64,000 nucleotides of DNA from Chlorokybus atmophyticus. Lineage: Eukaryota; Plantae; Mesostigma and Chlorokybus algae. The DNA lies in assembly GCA_009103225.1 (NCBI GenBank), contig RHPI01000193.1, positions 688,386 through 752,385 on the forward strand, read 5' to 3'. Positions 11,647 to 24,717 of this stretch are shown here, one piece after another; position 1 is the stretch's first letter, and the number at the start of each line of letters is the position of its first letter. A program made the translations under genes and the position numbers. Below the pieces are notes generated by a model, which worked only from the letters and a program-made list of their open reading frames with translations, searched no databases and had not been told where the DNA came from.

Positions 11647-13881
11647 ATGACAAATACACAGTCCAACGCAGTGAAGGTCTGGTCCTTCCGGCTTAAGTAC
11701 CGGCCGCGCCTGGGCTCCGTGCGCGGCGACGTCTTTGGCCCCAACAAGATCCGCACCATCATCTCTGAGTACATATCCACTCTCATACTGGGTGAGAGAG
11801 TATGTATGTGTCTATGTGTATGCGTGTTCAATGGTAAGATCATGCGCACACGCATACGGCTGCAGTGCATGCGCATGCACTGTGTGTGCACGTGTATGTA
11901 TATATACGCACGTGTCTACGTGTGCGAGTGTGTCGTGCACACGGATGCACACTTTGTGGGTGTCACACTGAGCACGTGTGCATGCATGTGTGCGCACATG
12001 CTGGTGCATCTTGTTCACTCAGTAAACTTCGCCTGACTCGCATGTTCTTCTCCAGTCTTTGTCGGTACGGGTGCTGTGGTCGCGACGGGTATCCCTGCGT
12101 TCCATGGCAGCGGCGCGGGTGCGGATGCATTGCCTGCCGTGATTGATCCCGCGCGCACCGTCGCCATAGCTCTTGCCTTCGGCCTGGTGAGTGCATGTTG
12201 GGTGATGGCAGAGGATCATGTTGGTTAGTGTCGTGCCGACAGAACCAAGGAAAGCAATCGCAGGTGCTCGTGTGTTTGGTCGCCATGACTTCAAGCGTGT
12301 CGGGCGGATGCCACGCCAATCCTGCTGTCACCACCGCGTTCTTGATATTGGGTAATGTGTACAACTTGATTGTCGGTACCGATGATACGCTACCTCTCAA
12401 GCGCATCCCCAAAGTATGTTCCTCTGTTGCAGGGTACATGCCGGTGATACAGGCAATATGTTACGTGCTCGCGCAGCTTGGGGGAGCCCTTTGTGCGTCG
12501 CTCCTGCTCAAAGCATCCGTACGCTCGCAGGTGTGCATGTGTGCGTGTGTGCATGCGTGTAAACAATTGTGGGCATCTGCGCGCACATATGCACATGTGC
12601 ATGTGCCAAGTAAGGTTTCTCTTCTCTTTCAGTGGCGCCAATCGCTTGGTGCCAACGCCGTCCATGCGGGACTGAGCGCCTGGAACGCGTTCGAGGTCGA
12701 GGCCATCGTTACGTTCTTTTTCGTGCTTGGTAAGAGATACAAGCGACAGCAGTTTGCCAAATCACGCGGCGTGATGCATAATCAATGCTAATTAGTTTCA
12801 AGGCAAGAAGTGTATCCGTAACCCACGCACGCACACGCACAAGTATGCACACTCACACCCTCACGCATACACTCTCACACTCTCACACTTACCGTGACAC
12901 AAACACAGACACACACACACACACACACACTCGCACTCGCTGTTGTTATGTTCCAGTCATCCTGGGCACCGCGTGCGCTCCCACCGACCGCAACCAGCGC
13001 GCCCTGGCCCCCGTCCCGATCGGCTTCGCGCTCGCAGTTGGAAACCTTGTACTGATTGCCTATGACGGGGCAAGCATCAACCCCGCCCGCAGCTTTGGAC
13101 CAGCCGTGGTGGCAGATAAGTGGGCCGATCACTGGGTAAGTTGGGGTGTGGGTATGTGTGCGTGTGCGTGTGCGTGTTGGCTCGCGCGTGTGCTCGTGCG
13201 TCCAGTTTGTGGATTTGTCCGTGCACCACGCACATGCAGGGTGTCGACAACAGTTAGCGACACACTAGCCTATGTGTTGTGGAATGACTTTAACTTGCTT
13301 GCTCACGCAAGACTGCACTTACAAACACTCTGTTTGAATTTTGGTCACTGGTACAATCACTGGTAAGACAATTACTGATTGGCTCTCGTTGCTCTTAAAG
13401 GTGTTCTGGTGCGGCCCGTTGTTGGGTGCCTGTTTGGCCTCGCTCGTGCACGCTTTTGTCATGACTCCCTCGCACGTGAAAGGCACCGTTGACATGCCCT
13501 CAGCACAGGTGCGAAAGTAGCGACACTCCGTATTCAACAACCAACATACAACACAGTCACAGGCTCACACCTCTGTGGCTGTCTTGATGCATGCACGCTT
13601 ACTGTGTGAGCGTGTGCGCTTGCGCGTGCAGGTGTGTGTACCAAGTGGCGTGCATACGTATCAAATGTTGTTTACACTTCTAACTACAGGGACCTCCAGT
13701 ACAAGACGATAAACAGAAGTCGCTTGAAGAGGGTACACCCAACAACAGCGACAACGACATGAAAAAACCCAACAATGTTGGGGCTCATACGGCGGAAGGG
13801 CTGCATCGTCCTCCTATGCAAACGCAGCCGCGCAAGCAGGGCTTTCTTGGATACACTGTCGGGACGGACATCAACGTATAG
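11647..13881 (+). CDS. Aquaporin / MIP, copy 2 (8 coding exons, intact; NPA-NPA)
   Basis: MTNTQSNAVKVWSFRLKYRPRLGSVRGDVFGPNKIRTIISEY..VFVGTGAVVATG..IALAFGL|VLVCLVAMTSSVSGGCHANPAVT..GASINPARSFGPAVVADKWADHW|VFWCGPLLG..GTDINV* (TAG 13879-81). Frame is kept across all GT-AG introns. Confidence 0.92.
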
Positions 13882-16031
13882 ATAGTGTGGGTGATGCGGG
13901 TATGTATGTGTAAATAGTGTGTCTTGATTTGCGGGCAGGAGCAGCTGAAGGCTGCTGTAAGTAGTGCACATTTGTGTTGATGATAGGGAAAGATGAAGAC
14001 ACTGGGGGGGAAACAGAGCGAGTAACTGCTTCACAAACCGTTTGTTGTTGAGTTGCTATCAGTCTAGTTTGGTTCAGTACTGTCACATATGAAATGGTAG
14101 TGAAAGCAGAATTATCCCAATTTAGTCTGCTTTCGTGATGGGTAAACCAGCATGACGTCAACGCTTGTGTAAGACCGCATACAACCTCCTCAGACAAAGC
14201 ACTGGAGTCCAAGTGTGTCCTGCGTTTTGTGCACATTGCGATAATCTTAAAAGGTGTATGACAGTTGCCTTTATACGACATGCTGGCTTGCAGCAATGGC
14301 ACCGTGAGTTGAACTCTCACATGATGGTTGTCACTGCCATCACGTTTTGCCAAATACTGTATGGTACGCAGGCAATCAAACCGCTGTAGCGTAGGAAACC
14401 AGCCACTCGTCGCTATTTCTTCAAACTGTAAATACACATGTACATGGTACAAAGGTCGTATGCCACTTATACCGCATGCATGTCACACAAGGCGTACGGA
14501 GGTTATAATTTGCAAGAATTTTGTACGTAAGCAATTCATACGGGCATGTCTGCACAGGATCAACTGCATGCAGCCAGCGACACGCACCTGCTTGCTGCAT
14601 ACAGGTCCACCGGGCTGAGTTTACCCTCTACCCTACCTCTACTCCTACCGGCCCCTAGCCATGCATGCATGCATTCACAGCAGTCCTTGTAACTTGCAAG
14701 ATATGTACGAAAGAGTTGACTAGAGTGCTGCATATGCTGCAGCTGTGTAGCGTGCTATGCTGCTCTACCTCACACACGGTCATGCACCCACACCCACGCC
14801 AGTATCGACGACGGCAGTTGTGACGATGGCGGAGGGTGGGAGAGCGGTGGCGGGGGGGGTCTCTGCTGGTCGTCGGTGTGGTCGTCGACGTGGTCCTGTT
14901 GAAGACCGATGCTGCTGGTGGTGTGACAGGTAATTGAGTCTGCCTGCATGCAGAGCTAACGGGGTACGAGCTGTAGTGAAGGCAGGTAGCTAGGTTTGTA
15001 TAGATAGCCCGGTGGTAATCAAGATTTTGTTAGTCAGTATGTGGATGGCTGGTGCATGTGTCGTGTGTGTATATAAGGGGTATGGTACGGTGTGTAACAT
15101 ATATGCAATGTTATGCATGTGACCCCATTGCATTGTGAACATGACATGCACAGTGTGTTGGTCACATGCACAGCATTGCATATATCATGCACATCACGCA
15201 CATCGCAGCGCACGCACACCACAAACGCCTCAGCACCACGTCCCCCGTCACGTGCAGCGTCACGCCGTCATCCTCATCATCAGGAAGCCGCCCTTCCGTC
15301 CATTCATAAGAAGCAAACGCATTTGAAGTCGCAGCAATGCAAACAGTCCTTCTTGCATCTTTTGTACACTTCATGCATATTGACAATTCAACTGAACGCA
15401 ACTCGCACACTGCGCGCATGGCCGATGCGCGCAGTGTGCACGCATGCCGCATGCGTGCACAAACTAGCACACTCGATTGTTGTACAGATATTCACTTGCA
15501 TACATCCTAGATGCCTTAAACCTTGTACCTACGCACGCACATTTGCATGTAGGCTATAAGCCTTGAGCCTTCTGATAATGCTGATGTTGATGGTGGCATG
15601 CTGTGATTGTTGGCAATGATGGTAAATTGCATGCATGTTATGTGCAAGCATGAGACAATGAACTGCACATATGCAACGCCATGCTAGCATGCGTAGCTGC
15701 CTACCCAATACACAAACACACACCCACTTATATGTATACGCAAGTGTACAGGGTTGGGTTGCCAGTATGGTGCCGGCAGTACCGCTACTATACCTGGTCA
15801 CGCACGCCATACCGTCCCACAGGCACTCACACAGCTATACGGTCTCTTGCACATAGCCACAGCTCCGCACTACACACCGCACACACGGGCACTCACAGTC
15901 CTCTCCCCCCTCCCCCACCCACTTGGATGCATCTTTTGTAGACACTTTCGCACATACTGAACCATCCTAGCTGACAGCCTAAAAGGATGTTTATGGCGAA
16001 GTTCTTTGGTCAGCCCGGACCGGAGTAGAAG

Positions 16032-17351
16032 TTACTTTCCGTGCTTGCCATATCCGTGACCGGAACTAGCAGGAATGGGAGGAGCGCGTGCGGGACCTAG
16101 AGCAGGGGCAGGACCGTGACCAATCTGTGGCGGGAGGACGATGAACCAGAAGCGCAAGCCGGCGGGGCAGTGTCCTGCATATAGAGAGAAAGGTGGTGTT
16201 GTTAAGTTTCAGCTAGTTTCAGCTGTTAGATGCAATACTCATGGTGTAATTACAGCTGCGTGCGCGTGTCCTGACACAAGAGAGATGCATGTAGCACCTC
16301 ATGTCTTTTTTACGCATGCAACACGCATGAAAGAGTACAAGAACCTTGATAACAAACAGGACCGGCACTGCTCAGCAGAGGCAGCATGTGTGTGCGTATG
16401 ACTGCGCTATAACACAAGCGTACCTGGCACAATGCATGTTACATTCCATTGGCCTCTTGCGGGTACAGTCCAGTTGAACTGGAAGGGACTGGTGGCCTGG
16501 GATCCTGTCATTGAGCGTGTGTTTGGTATTTGGTTGGCTAAATGTCTCAGCAATAGCATGAGAACATGCACTATGTGTGTCGGAAAAGAGACACAATCAG
16601 CTGGATAGTTGAATCCTTGTGGTTTTGAGAAATCACAACTACGCCAGGATTTGATTACCAAAACTATACTCACCGTTCAGCAGGTTGCCATTTCCAGCAT
16701 TGCAAAACTCCTGCACCGTTGCATTGCTTTGGGCAAGGAAAACGGTATGCGGGATACCTTATGAACACAAGGGTTTGTAAGCGAACAAATGCCTAGCGTC
16801 ATGCAGATGTTGAGAATCTAGACACAGCACTTGCCAATTACTCAGTGTGCACAGTGTGCTTTTACCTGGTGGTTGGTAGTTGAACACAAATATGTCGCCA
16901 ACGTTGAACGAACCATTCGTATTCGCCCAAGTCTGCCATTGTCAGTACATGTGGATGAGCACATGCTTCTGCGTGCTCGCACGCGCGTGTGCACACCGTT
17001 TGTACGCGCGTGCGCACACCTTTTGTTGTTGTGCGGGTGCTTGTAAATGTGGATTTCTGCGTGCATGCGTGTGTGTGGGGGGGCATGTGCATGCGTGCTT
17101 ATGTGTATATGCGTCTGCGTGCCTGCAACCACTGCCCACCATGACAAGTTGCAAAAAGCAACTTTTATCATGCGCCATCAACACACCTGGTAGTCTGGTT
17201 CAGGGTTGATGAGTGCCCAGCCAGAATTGTCCGGACCGACGACCACCACCCGAGCAGCCGCGCCGGGAGGATGCATCAACAGGAGAAAGAGGCTCACTAC
17301 TGTCGTTGTGAGCACAGCAAGGCCGCAGCCAAGCAATGGAGACTGCTTCAT
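16032..17351 (-). CDS. Secreted phytocyanin (plastocyanin-like Cu-binding domain), 179 aa, 5 exons
   Basis: Exons 17351-17187, 16932-16866, 16757-16674, 16504-16424 and 16174-16032 are all GT-AG and in frame: MKQSPLLGCGLAVLTTTVVSLFLLLMHPPGAAARVVVVGPDNSGWALINPEPDYQTWANTNGSFNVGDIFVFNYQPPGIPHTVFLAQSNATVQEFCNAGNGNLLNGSQATSPFQFNWTVPARGQWNVTCIVPGHCPAGLRFWFIVLPPQIGHGPAPALGPARAPPIPASSGHGYGKHGK*. Shows a signal peptide, the VG..GW, WA..F.VGD..VF.Y and H.V motifs, and C-x4-HC-x3-L. Confidence 0.9.
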
Positions 17352-19259
17352 GGCTGCGGAGAAGGTGGCAACAAACAGTCGGACAGGAACAGAGACACAC
17401 AGACTACGGGCGTTGTGTGCGTAGTGCACGCACACCTGCATGCATGCCAAGGGAGCCAAGTTTACATGTTATAACACGCTTGCGGAGCAGCCAGCTAGTG
17501 TTTCCAGCTAGGCTAGCAGCTACTTCGATGGCGGCATTTGCTGTGGGATGTTGCTAGCTAGCAGTCGTACTGCTGTAAACCTTGTCGCAAGGCGGGGTCC
17601 CCAGTCCAGAGCAGGGTAACAGCGTGCTCAATGGCACGTCTTTGGCTTGGCTCAGACACAAAGCATACTGTTGATGACCACTCGCAGTTACACAAGGAAA
17701 CAGGCCTGTCTCCATGTCACAAGTGAAGCTGCCTTGCCACGGTAGCAAGGCAGCTTAACTTGCAAGCTTAACACACAACCAGCGTTACTGGACATTGTGT
17801 GCTTTCACGTGCACAAGGAAGGTTTGCACAAGGAACCATAACTGCAACAATGGTTGCGACCTGGAGACCTAGAGGCACATGCATGCATGGATGCGCTGGT
17901 CAGCAACTTTGCTTAGATAAGGGGAAGGCAGCTAAGGATCTGCGAGCTGGCACCAATGCAACGAGTGCTTGACAGACTGCAGCTGAAGCCACATGCGACA
18001 TCGCAAGCAAGCTCACCTGATTTTCCTTCTCTGCCGCGCCCCCAAAACAGTCGCTACCTGCCGCCTCCTTCACCTAAAGCTCAGCTTAGCTCAGCGCTGA
18101 GCTAGCTTGAACGACAGTGCAAGCAGCATGCATTTAAGGCACCGAATGCATGCATTTAGACTGTTAACTCTATCGTCTTAACAACCTTAGCGCGCTCGTA
18201 AATCGCCTGCATTAAGTGCCCTAGTTGATGTGAAAGCTACAGTCACCACAGTTCTGTGCTCAGCTTTGCTGTGCTTTGCCCTTACTTGCCAGTGACCTTG
18301 ACGTGAGTCTGCGATGGGTCTCGCCTTGGAGGCGGCTGCGCTGGCTTCCTTGATTGATGTGAAAGCTCAACTCAGCACAGCTGGACGCAGCTTTGCTTTG
18401 GCATACTTGCCAGTGCCAGTGGCTGTGACGTGGAACAGGGTGAGCGGAGCATGTGTGTGTTCACGCCTTGGAAGCGGCTGGTGCTGTTTTCTTGAGATTG
18501 GCAGAGAATATGAAGCTTGAGGCGAGCAGTCAATTGGGCTTGAGCCACAGACCCTACAGCTGTCTGGTTGCCGGCTCAGATCGCACTCAGCGAAGCTGCA
18601 CAGAAGCATGCATGCATGCGCTTGGCAAGTATTCGCTCAAGATGCTGCGTTACAACCAGTGTTGCAAGATTGTGTCGGCAGCGTCCTACACTGCAAACAG
18701 CATTAATGCTGTCCGTATATGCGTGCAAGCCACGCTAGCGTTCCTAACGCGCTTTGTGCAGAGCTGCCAGTGTGTTACTGCGTGTGCCTAGGCAATGCGA
18801 GTGGTGTAATTAGGCTGTAGTTGTGTATGCTTTTCCTTGTACGTTGTGTGTGGCTTGCACGTGTGTGGTTTTGCGCATGTGCGAGAGATATAAGTTCTGC
18901 ATGCTATTAGTGGGTGTCTGGTGGCAAGAGGGGTACCTAAAGCTAAAAGGGGAATACTAGAGGCTGCATTTATGGATGCATGCGTGCATACAAGTAGCTT
19001 GTTGGGACATACAGAGGGTAAGCTAAATAGGAGGAAAGAACAGAGGGAGGATCTGTTGTGTTTGTGTCAGGTTGGGTTTCAACTTGGAATAATCCTGAGC
19101 TTTGGTAAGTAATGTTTCTACAGTGGTTGTCTCACCTGTTCCCACCCCCCAAAAACACGCACAAAACATTTACATGGACGCTGACATCCATGCCCACGCC
19201 CACGCGCGCGTGCACACGTTCCTTGTGCAGATAGTGACACGAACATACAGTCCAACGCA

Positions 19260-21835
19260 ATGAAGAAGGAGTCCTTCTTCCGGCTCAAGTACTGGCCGCG
19301 CCTGGGCTCCGTGCGCGGCGATCTCTCGGGCCCCAACAAGATCCGCACCATCATCTCTGAGTTCATGTGCACCCTCATACTGGGTAAGAGATATATGTGG
19401 GTGCGTGCCTGCGTGTGTGCGTGTGTGCATGTGTGAGTTCATGCAAGCACGCGCACATTTGGCTGCGGGTGCACTGTGTGTGCCACATATACTGTGTGCG
19501 CGTATGCATGTGAGTGCTTGACACGTACACGCTGTGTCGTGTCACAAGGAGCATGTGTGCATGCGTGTGTGCACGCGCACACATGCTGGTGTCTTGTTTG
19601 CTCACTCGAGTTCTGCAAACTCACATGCCAATCTCCAGTCCTTTTCGGCACGGGAGCTGTCATTGCAACGGGTCTTCCCGCATCCCATGGCAGCGGCGCT
19701 GGCACGGACGCCTTGCCTGCCGTGATCGATGCCGCGCGCACTGTTGCCATTTCTCTCTCCTTTGGCCTGGTGAGTGCACACATGTTGATAACAGGGAAAC
19801 CTTCCCTATGTTCCCTGACTATGTTGAACGTAGTTGGACTATGTTGGTTTGTCGCGCCGACACAATCAACCAGTGCAATGGCAAGCTCTCACTTGTTTGG
19901 TCGCCATGGCTTCAAGCGTGTCAGGCGGATGCCACGCCAATCCTGCTGTCACCACCGCATTCTTTATGTCGGTTGTACAATTTGGTTGTCGGTGTTGATG
20001 ATACGCTATCTGTCAAGCATTCAGCACATCCCCAACATATGTTTCTCTATTTGCAGGGTACGTACCAGTGATACAGGCGGTAGAATACGTGCTCGCGCAG
20101 CTTCGGGGAGCCCTGTGTGCATCGCTCCTGCCCAAAGCAGCCGTACGCGCGCCGGTGTGCATGTGTGTAGATGTGATTGTGGGCATCTGCGCGCGCATAT
20201 GCATACATGTGCGTGTATGTACGTGTTTGTACGTGTATACGCATGCGTTCACGCATAGGCATGCACATGCGCATGTGTGCCTGTCGTATGCCTAAGTGTG
20301 CGCACTTACACGCACATGTGTCTGTGTGTGCTCACTTGCACGCATATGTGCATCTGTACACGCCTGCGAGCCTGCCTACCTGTCTGTGTGTGCTTGTGAG
20401 TGCATGTGTGTGTCTGCTCACTTTCGTGCATGCACATGTACATGCCTGTATCACAATCGGCTAATCCAAGCAAGATAGTGGCCCTCTGTCTCAACTACCT
20501 CACGTCCCTCCTATTTCAGTGGCGGCAATCCCTTGGAGCCAACGCTGTCCACGGCGGACTGAGCGCCTGGAACGCGTTTGAGGTCGAAACCGTCGTCGCA
20601 TTCTTTACCGTGCTTGGTAAGGAGTAGGGAATCTTGTTTTGTGCTGCCAAGTGCAAGGCGCTGTATATTTGATGCACATGTACGCACACGCACACATACG
20701 CAGTCACACTTAAACTCCCATAAACACACACTTTCACACTCACACGCACAATCTACAAGAGTGTAAGCGTGAGCCATCTTACCTGCACGCACACTGTTAA
20801 CAGTGATAATGCAGGTCATGCACGCACGATTTTACTCTTTCAGACTTGTTATCTCTGTCTCTTAGTATTTCTCTCACTTACTCGCAAACACACATTTGCA
20901 CACTGTGGCATGCGTACATGCGCACACTCACGCACACACTCACACACACTAGTCATCCTCGGCACCGCGTGCGCTCCCACCGACCGCCACCAGAGCGCCT
21001 TGGCTCCGGTCTCGATCGGCTTTGCGCTCGCGGCGGGAAATCTCTTACTGATCGCCTTTGATGGCGCCAGCATCACTCCCCGCGCGAAGCTTTGGACCGG
21101 CCGTGGTGGCGGACATGTGGGCACATTACTGGGTGAGTGGGAAGGGTAGGTATGTGTCCGTGTGCATGTCAAAGCTCAGATGGTGCAGCCAGTCTGCAGC
21201 CTGCAGCGCACACGCACAGCGTGCGTGTATGCGCATGTAAATGCGAGCGTGTGTGCGCGTGTGTGTGTGGGCACATGTGTGTGCACACTCGCTTATCACT
21301 TGTACACCAATTCACTGAGCAGTCACCTGATCACTTACTTGGCTCTTGTTGCTTTGACAGGTGTTCTGGAGTGGGCCGTTGTTGGGTTCGTGTTTGGCCT
21401 CTCTCGTGTACGCGTTCATGACGACTCCCTCGCACGCCAGAGGCACCATCGACATGGGCGCCACAAAGATGAGATAACAAGGCAACCTTTGGTTGCGTAA
21501 CCAGAACATTCTCACGTGTTCACATCTCTGTGGTTGTGCACAGGTATAAGTGCACAGGCATGCACATGTGCACGCGGCACAAATGTGCGTCTGGGCGCAT
21601 GTGCATGTTGTGTGCATGTCGTGCAACAGATGTTGCTTACAATATGTTTACTGCAGGCACCTCCGATTGACAAAAAGGGCAGTCGATAGAAGAGGGCACA
21701 CCCACCAATGGCAACAACAACAGTCACGCTGAGGTTTATCACACGGCTGAAGGGTTGCACCGTGTTGCGGCCGGGTCGCAGCCGCGCAAACAGGGCTTGC
21801 TTGGATGCACTGTCGTGACAAACATCAATGTGTAG
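19260..21835 (+). pseudogene. Aquaporin / MIP copy 3, pseudogene
   Basis: Colinear with copies 1 and 2. A 1-nt insertion destroys the second NPA (atc actcccc gcg cga, about 21073-21085), the splice sites of the first-NPA exon are degraded (about 19880-19975), and the exon-7 donor reads AT (21469). Confidence 0.85.
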
Positions 21836-24717
21836 ATCGTGTGTTGTTTTCTGTGCGGGTTTGCATCTGTAAATAGTGTATACATGTGGTGGCTTGCAGT
21901 CAGGAGCAGCTGAAGGTTGTTGTAGTTTTCAGATCTTCAGAGTATAATCGTGTGCAGAAGGAAAATAAGAACATGGAAGTTGCTTAGTAGACACGTTAAT
22001 ACAATACTATTAATAGTCTGTTTTAGACACTGTCCCAGTTACGTGGAGTGTAATGTGGTGATAACTTGATGCCAGCATAGGTTGCTGCATGATGGGAGAC
22101 GAGTATGACATTACAATTCATAAGCTCGCATGTAACTTGCCACACACAGCATTGCAAGATATCATGACTTTCCGACAACATGTATGTAGTACTACTACAT
22201 AATATGCATGTATGTAGCATGCGGCTATCGGTTGGGTACTCTAATAATATCTCCATAATGTGGGTACTCTATTAATATCTCCATAATATCTCCATCTAAT
22301 AATGTGCTTCGCAGTTTGTTCTTGTCATTGAAGCTTCTCATAAACTGCTTAAACTGTCCGCTGCCCATAGCTACTAGCTGAAGCATTGCTATTTATCAAC
22401 CTGAGGCTACCTAAGGGTCTTAGCTCCAAGTCCTAGCGGTCTTAATTGAAGGGTCTGACTTCAAAATGGTCGTAAGTATTCCCATGCGCGCGGTGCTTAC
22501 CTTTGCCTTGGCCCCGTAACTCATGCTTATCGTTGTGCATGCTTGCATGGCTTAATACTATCATGATCATGATTGGCTATGCCTACAATACAATATTCTA
22601 AGATGCCATCATTTCGTTTGCGCACAAAGCCAGAACCCAATAGTTTATGTTGCAGTAAAAACCAATGCTGTTCACTACAACTTAAGAATGTAACTCTTAC
22701 TCGAATCTGATACAGCAGGCTGTAACCACTCCGTCGTACAAGTTGCGCATTTATATGCAACCATCCCCATCTAAAAAGCCAGCTATGTAAGCAAGTTCAC
22801 TCTCCTTAATTATATTCATATTTATTTTACTAATCTTCCCTCGGTATTACTATTTGGCTTTTTTATTCTTAAATGTCAAATCTTTCAAATGCAATGCAAC
22901 GCATTTAATAAGACTCGGCAATTATGAATCGTCAATTGTGCCGTGCGTTTGAAGCACTGAAATTGCAATTATTGCTGTAAATTACAATAATCACTTGTAG
23001 CATAATAACGAATGCATCCACCGTTCCTAACCAATCTGAAACGTTTTGTATATTGTAGATAAGCAACTCGTATTCTTTTGTTGTTACTTAAATCAACATG
23101 TATTGAGTGTTTACGAGAAATAATGATGCAATGACAATTGATTGCAGTTTATACAAATAATAATATCACAATACGGGATGGATATACCCTTATGATACAT
23201 AATTGCATGTAACACGCAATTGTTGTGCAGGTTTCCATATTAAATTGCGTCAACAACGACGTTATTACAACTACAATAAAACAAACATGCAGCACTTACA
23301 ATTTGTGAATATCAAAAGGATGATTATTGATAATAAGAGCAAGTACAATATCTAATTTAACAGCATACTCATAGGTATATTGTAACATATCAATGTGTAA
23401 AAAGGTGCGTTATGGTTCATGAAAAGAAAATGTCAATTTGGTACATGCTGTAAAGTGTCCTGCAAGTGTATGACCAACACGAGTTATGTATTATAACAGT
23501 ATACATATGCTTTGATTCACGCGCGGCCGAAACAATAACACATCACATTTCTTCAGTTGAAGGATTTATGTCGTTTTCCTCGCTACTATTGCTGAATACG
23601 CCTTGTCTACCATCAAATACTGAACATACTTGAACATTGGACACATTTCACACACAAATAATCATGAAACACACATTTCACACTCATTGTTGGTAGCTTT
23701 TCAGCTTATAGCCTTCCTCAGTGGTACTGCCGCGTGCATCATGCGATCGCAGGCGCAGACTCTGCGGTATAACGCGGTTCAAACGCGTATCACGCTGTTC
23801 GTTACAAATCTGTTCCGTCCTCGACACCGTTTGGTCGACGCGGCAATCCGCGTGCGCTTGTAAGTATAGGCCCAACGGGTGGGTCGTGCTGATCCGCAAA
23901 GTCTAGACCGGGTGTTGCTTGTTGACCCGGAAGCAGGGCGGGAAGATAACTGTGCCACTCGCAGCACGATGTGCGTTGACTCGACACCGACGACGCTCGT
24001 CCTCATCAGCTTGCGTCCCGTCGTCAGTGTCTATACCACTGCGCCCCTTGTCGTTACGCACAGAGGATCCACCGTGGCGGTGCTGGCGCTCAGCGCGTCA
24101 GGTCAATAGCTGCCACGGAGGCGGTCTTATCGACACGCGTAACCGGCTGCAGTCAGGTCGGTTGAGTTCTTGGCACCGGCTTTGGACAGCCGATTCCGCC
24201 TGTGTGCAGGCAGAAAGCGTCTGAGGACCTGCCTCTGACCATAGGCACGCTTGTAAGACCCAGAGCCCACGTCACCGTGACTGAGCACCAACCTCGGTTA
24301 GCGGACGCACGCGCGGAGGCAACCGACGCTTCGCGGCAGCACAGTTATACGCGTGCTGGTGGCTTTTTGGGTATCAACTGTATTGGCGCGGCGCCTCTTT
24401 TGGTATGAGCCCCTTTTGGTATGAGGGGGCCCTTTTTGTTACCAGGCGGCCCCCTTATGACGCCTAACGTCGTCAGCGAACGTGTCTAACCGGGTTCGGT
24501 CAGAAACAAACCACAAGGGGCCGCGAGCATACGACACAGCGGCATGCGTTGCAGTCATGGATGAGTATGCCGATGTGGCAAAGGTGGCAAGGGGCGAGAC
24601 GCACTCCCATCTCATGCTCATCCGCATTCTGGGCGGAGAGGATCGGCACGCAGTTGACGAACGTTAGTTTCTTAGCTAGGGGCGCAGCGCACTTGGCTCA
24701 CAGGCTCCGCATGGCTC

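Noticed and set aside
14780-15320. GC-rich exon-like patches (e.g. YEWTEGRLPDDEDDGVTLHVTGDVVLR on the minus strand)
   Set aside because: Could not be joined into a gene and no family motif is recognisable.
22527-22760. HWFLL motif suggestive of a Ulp1-type protease relic in an AT-rich tract
   Set aside because: Single short motif with no supporting catalytic Asp/Cys context.
23700-24670. CpG-rich tract with several short ORFs upstream of PEPCK
   Set aside because: No recognisable domain, splice chain or terminal repeats; may be promoter or old TE debris.
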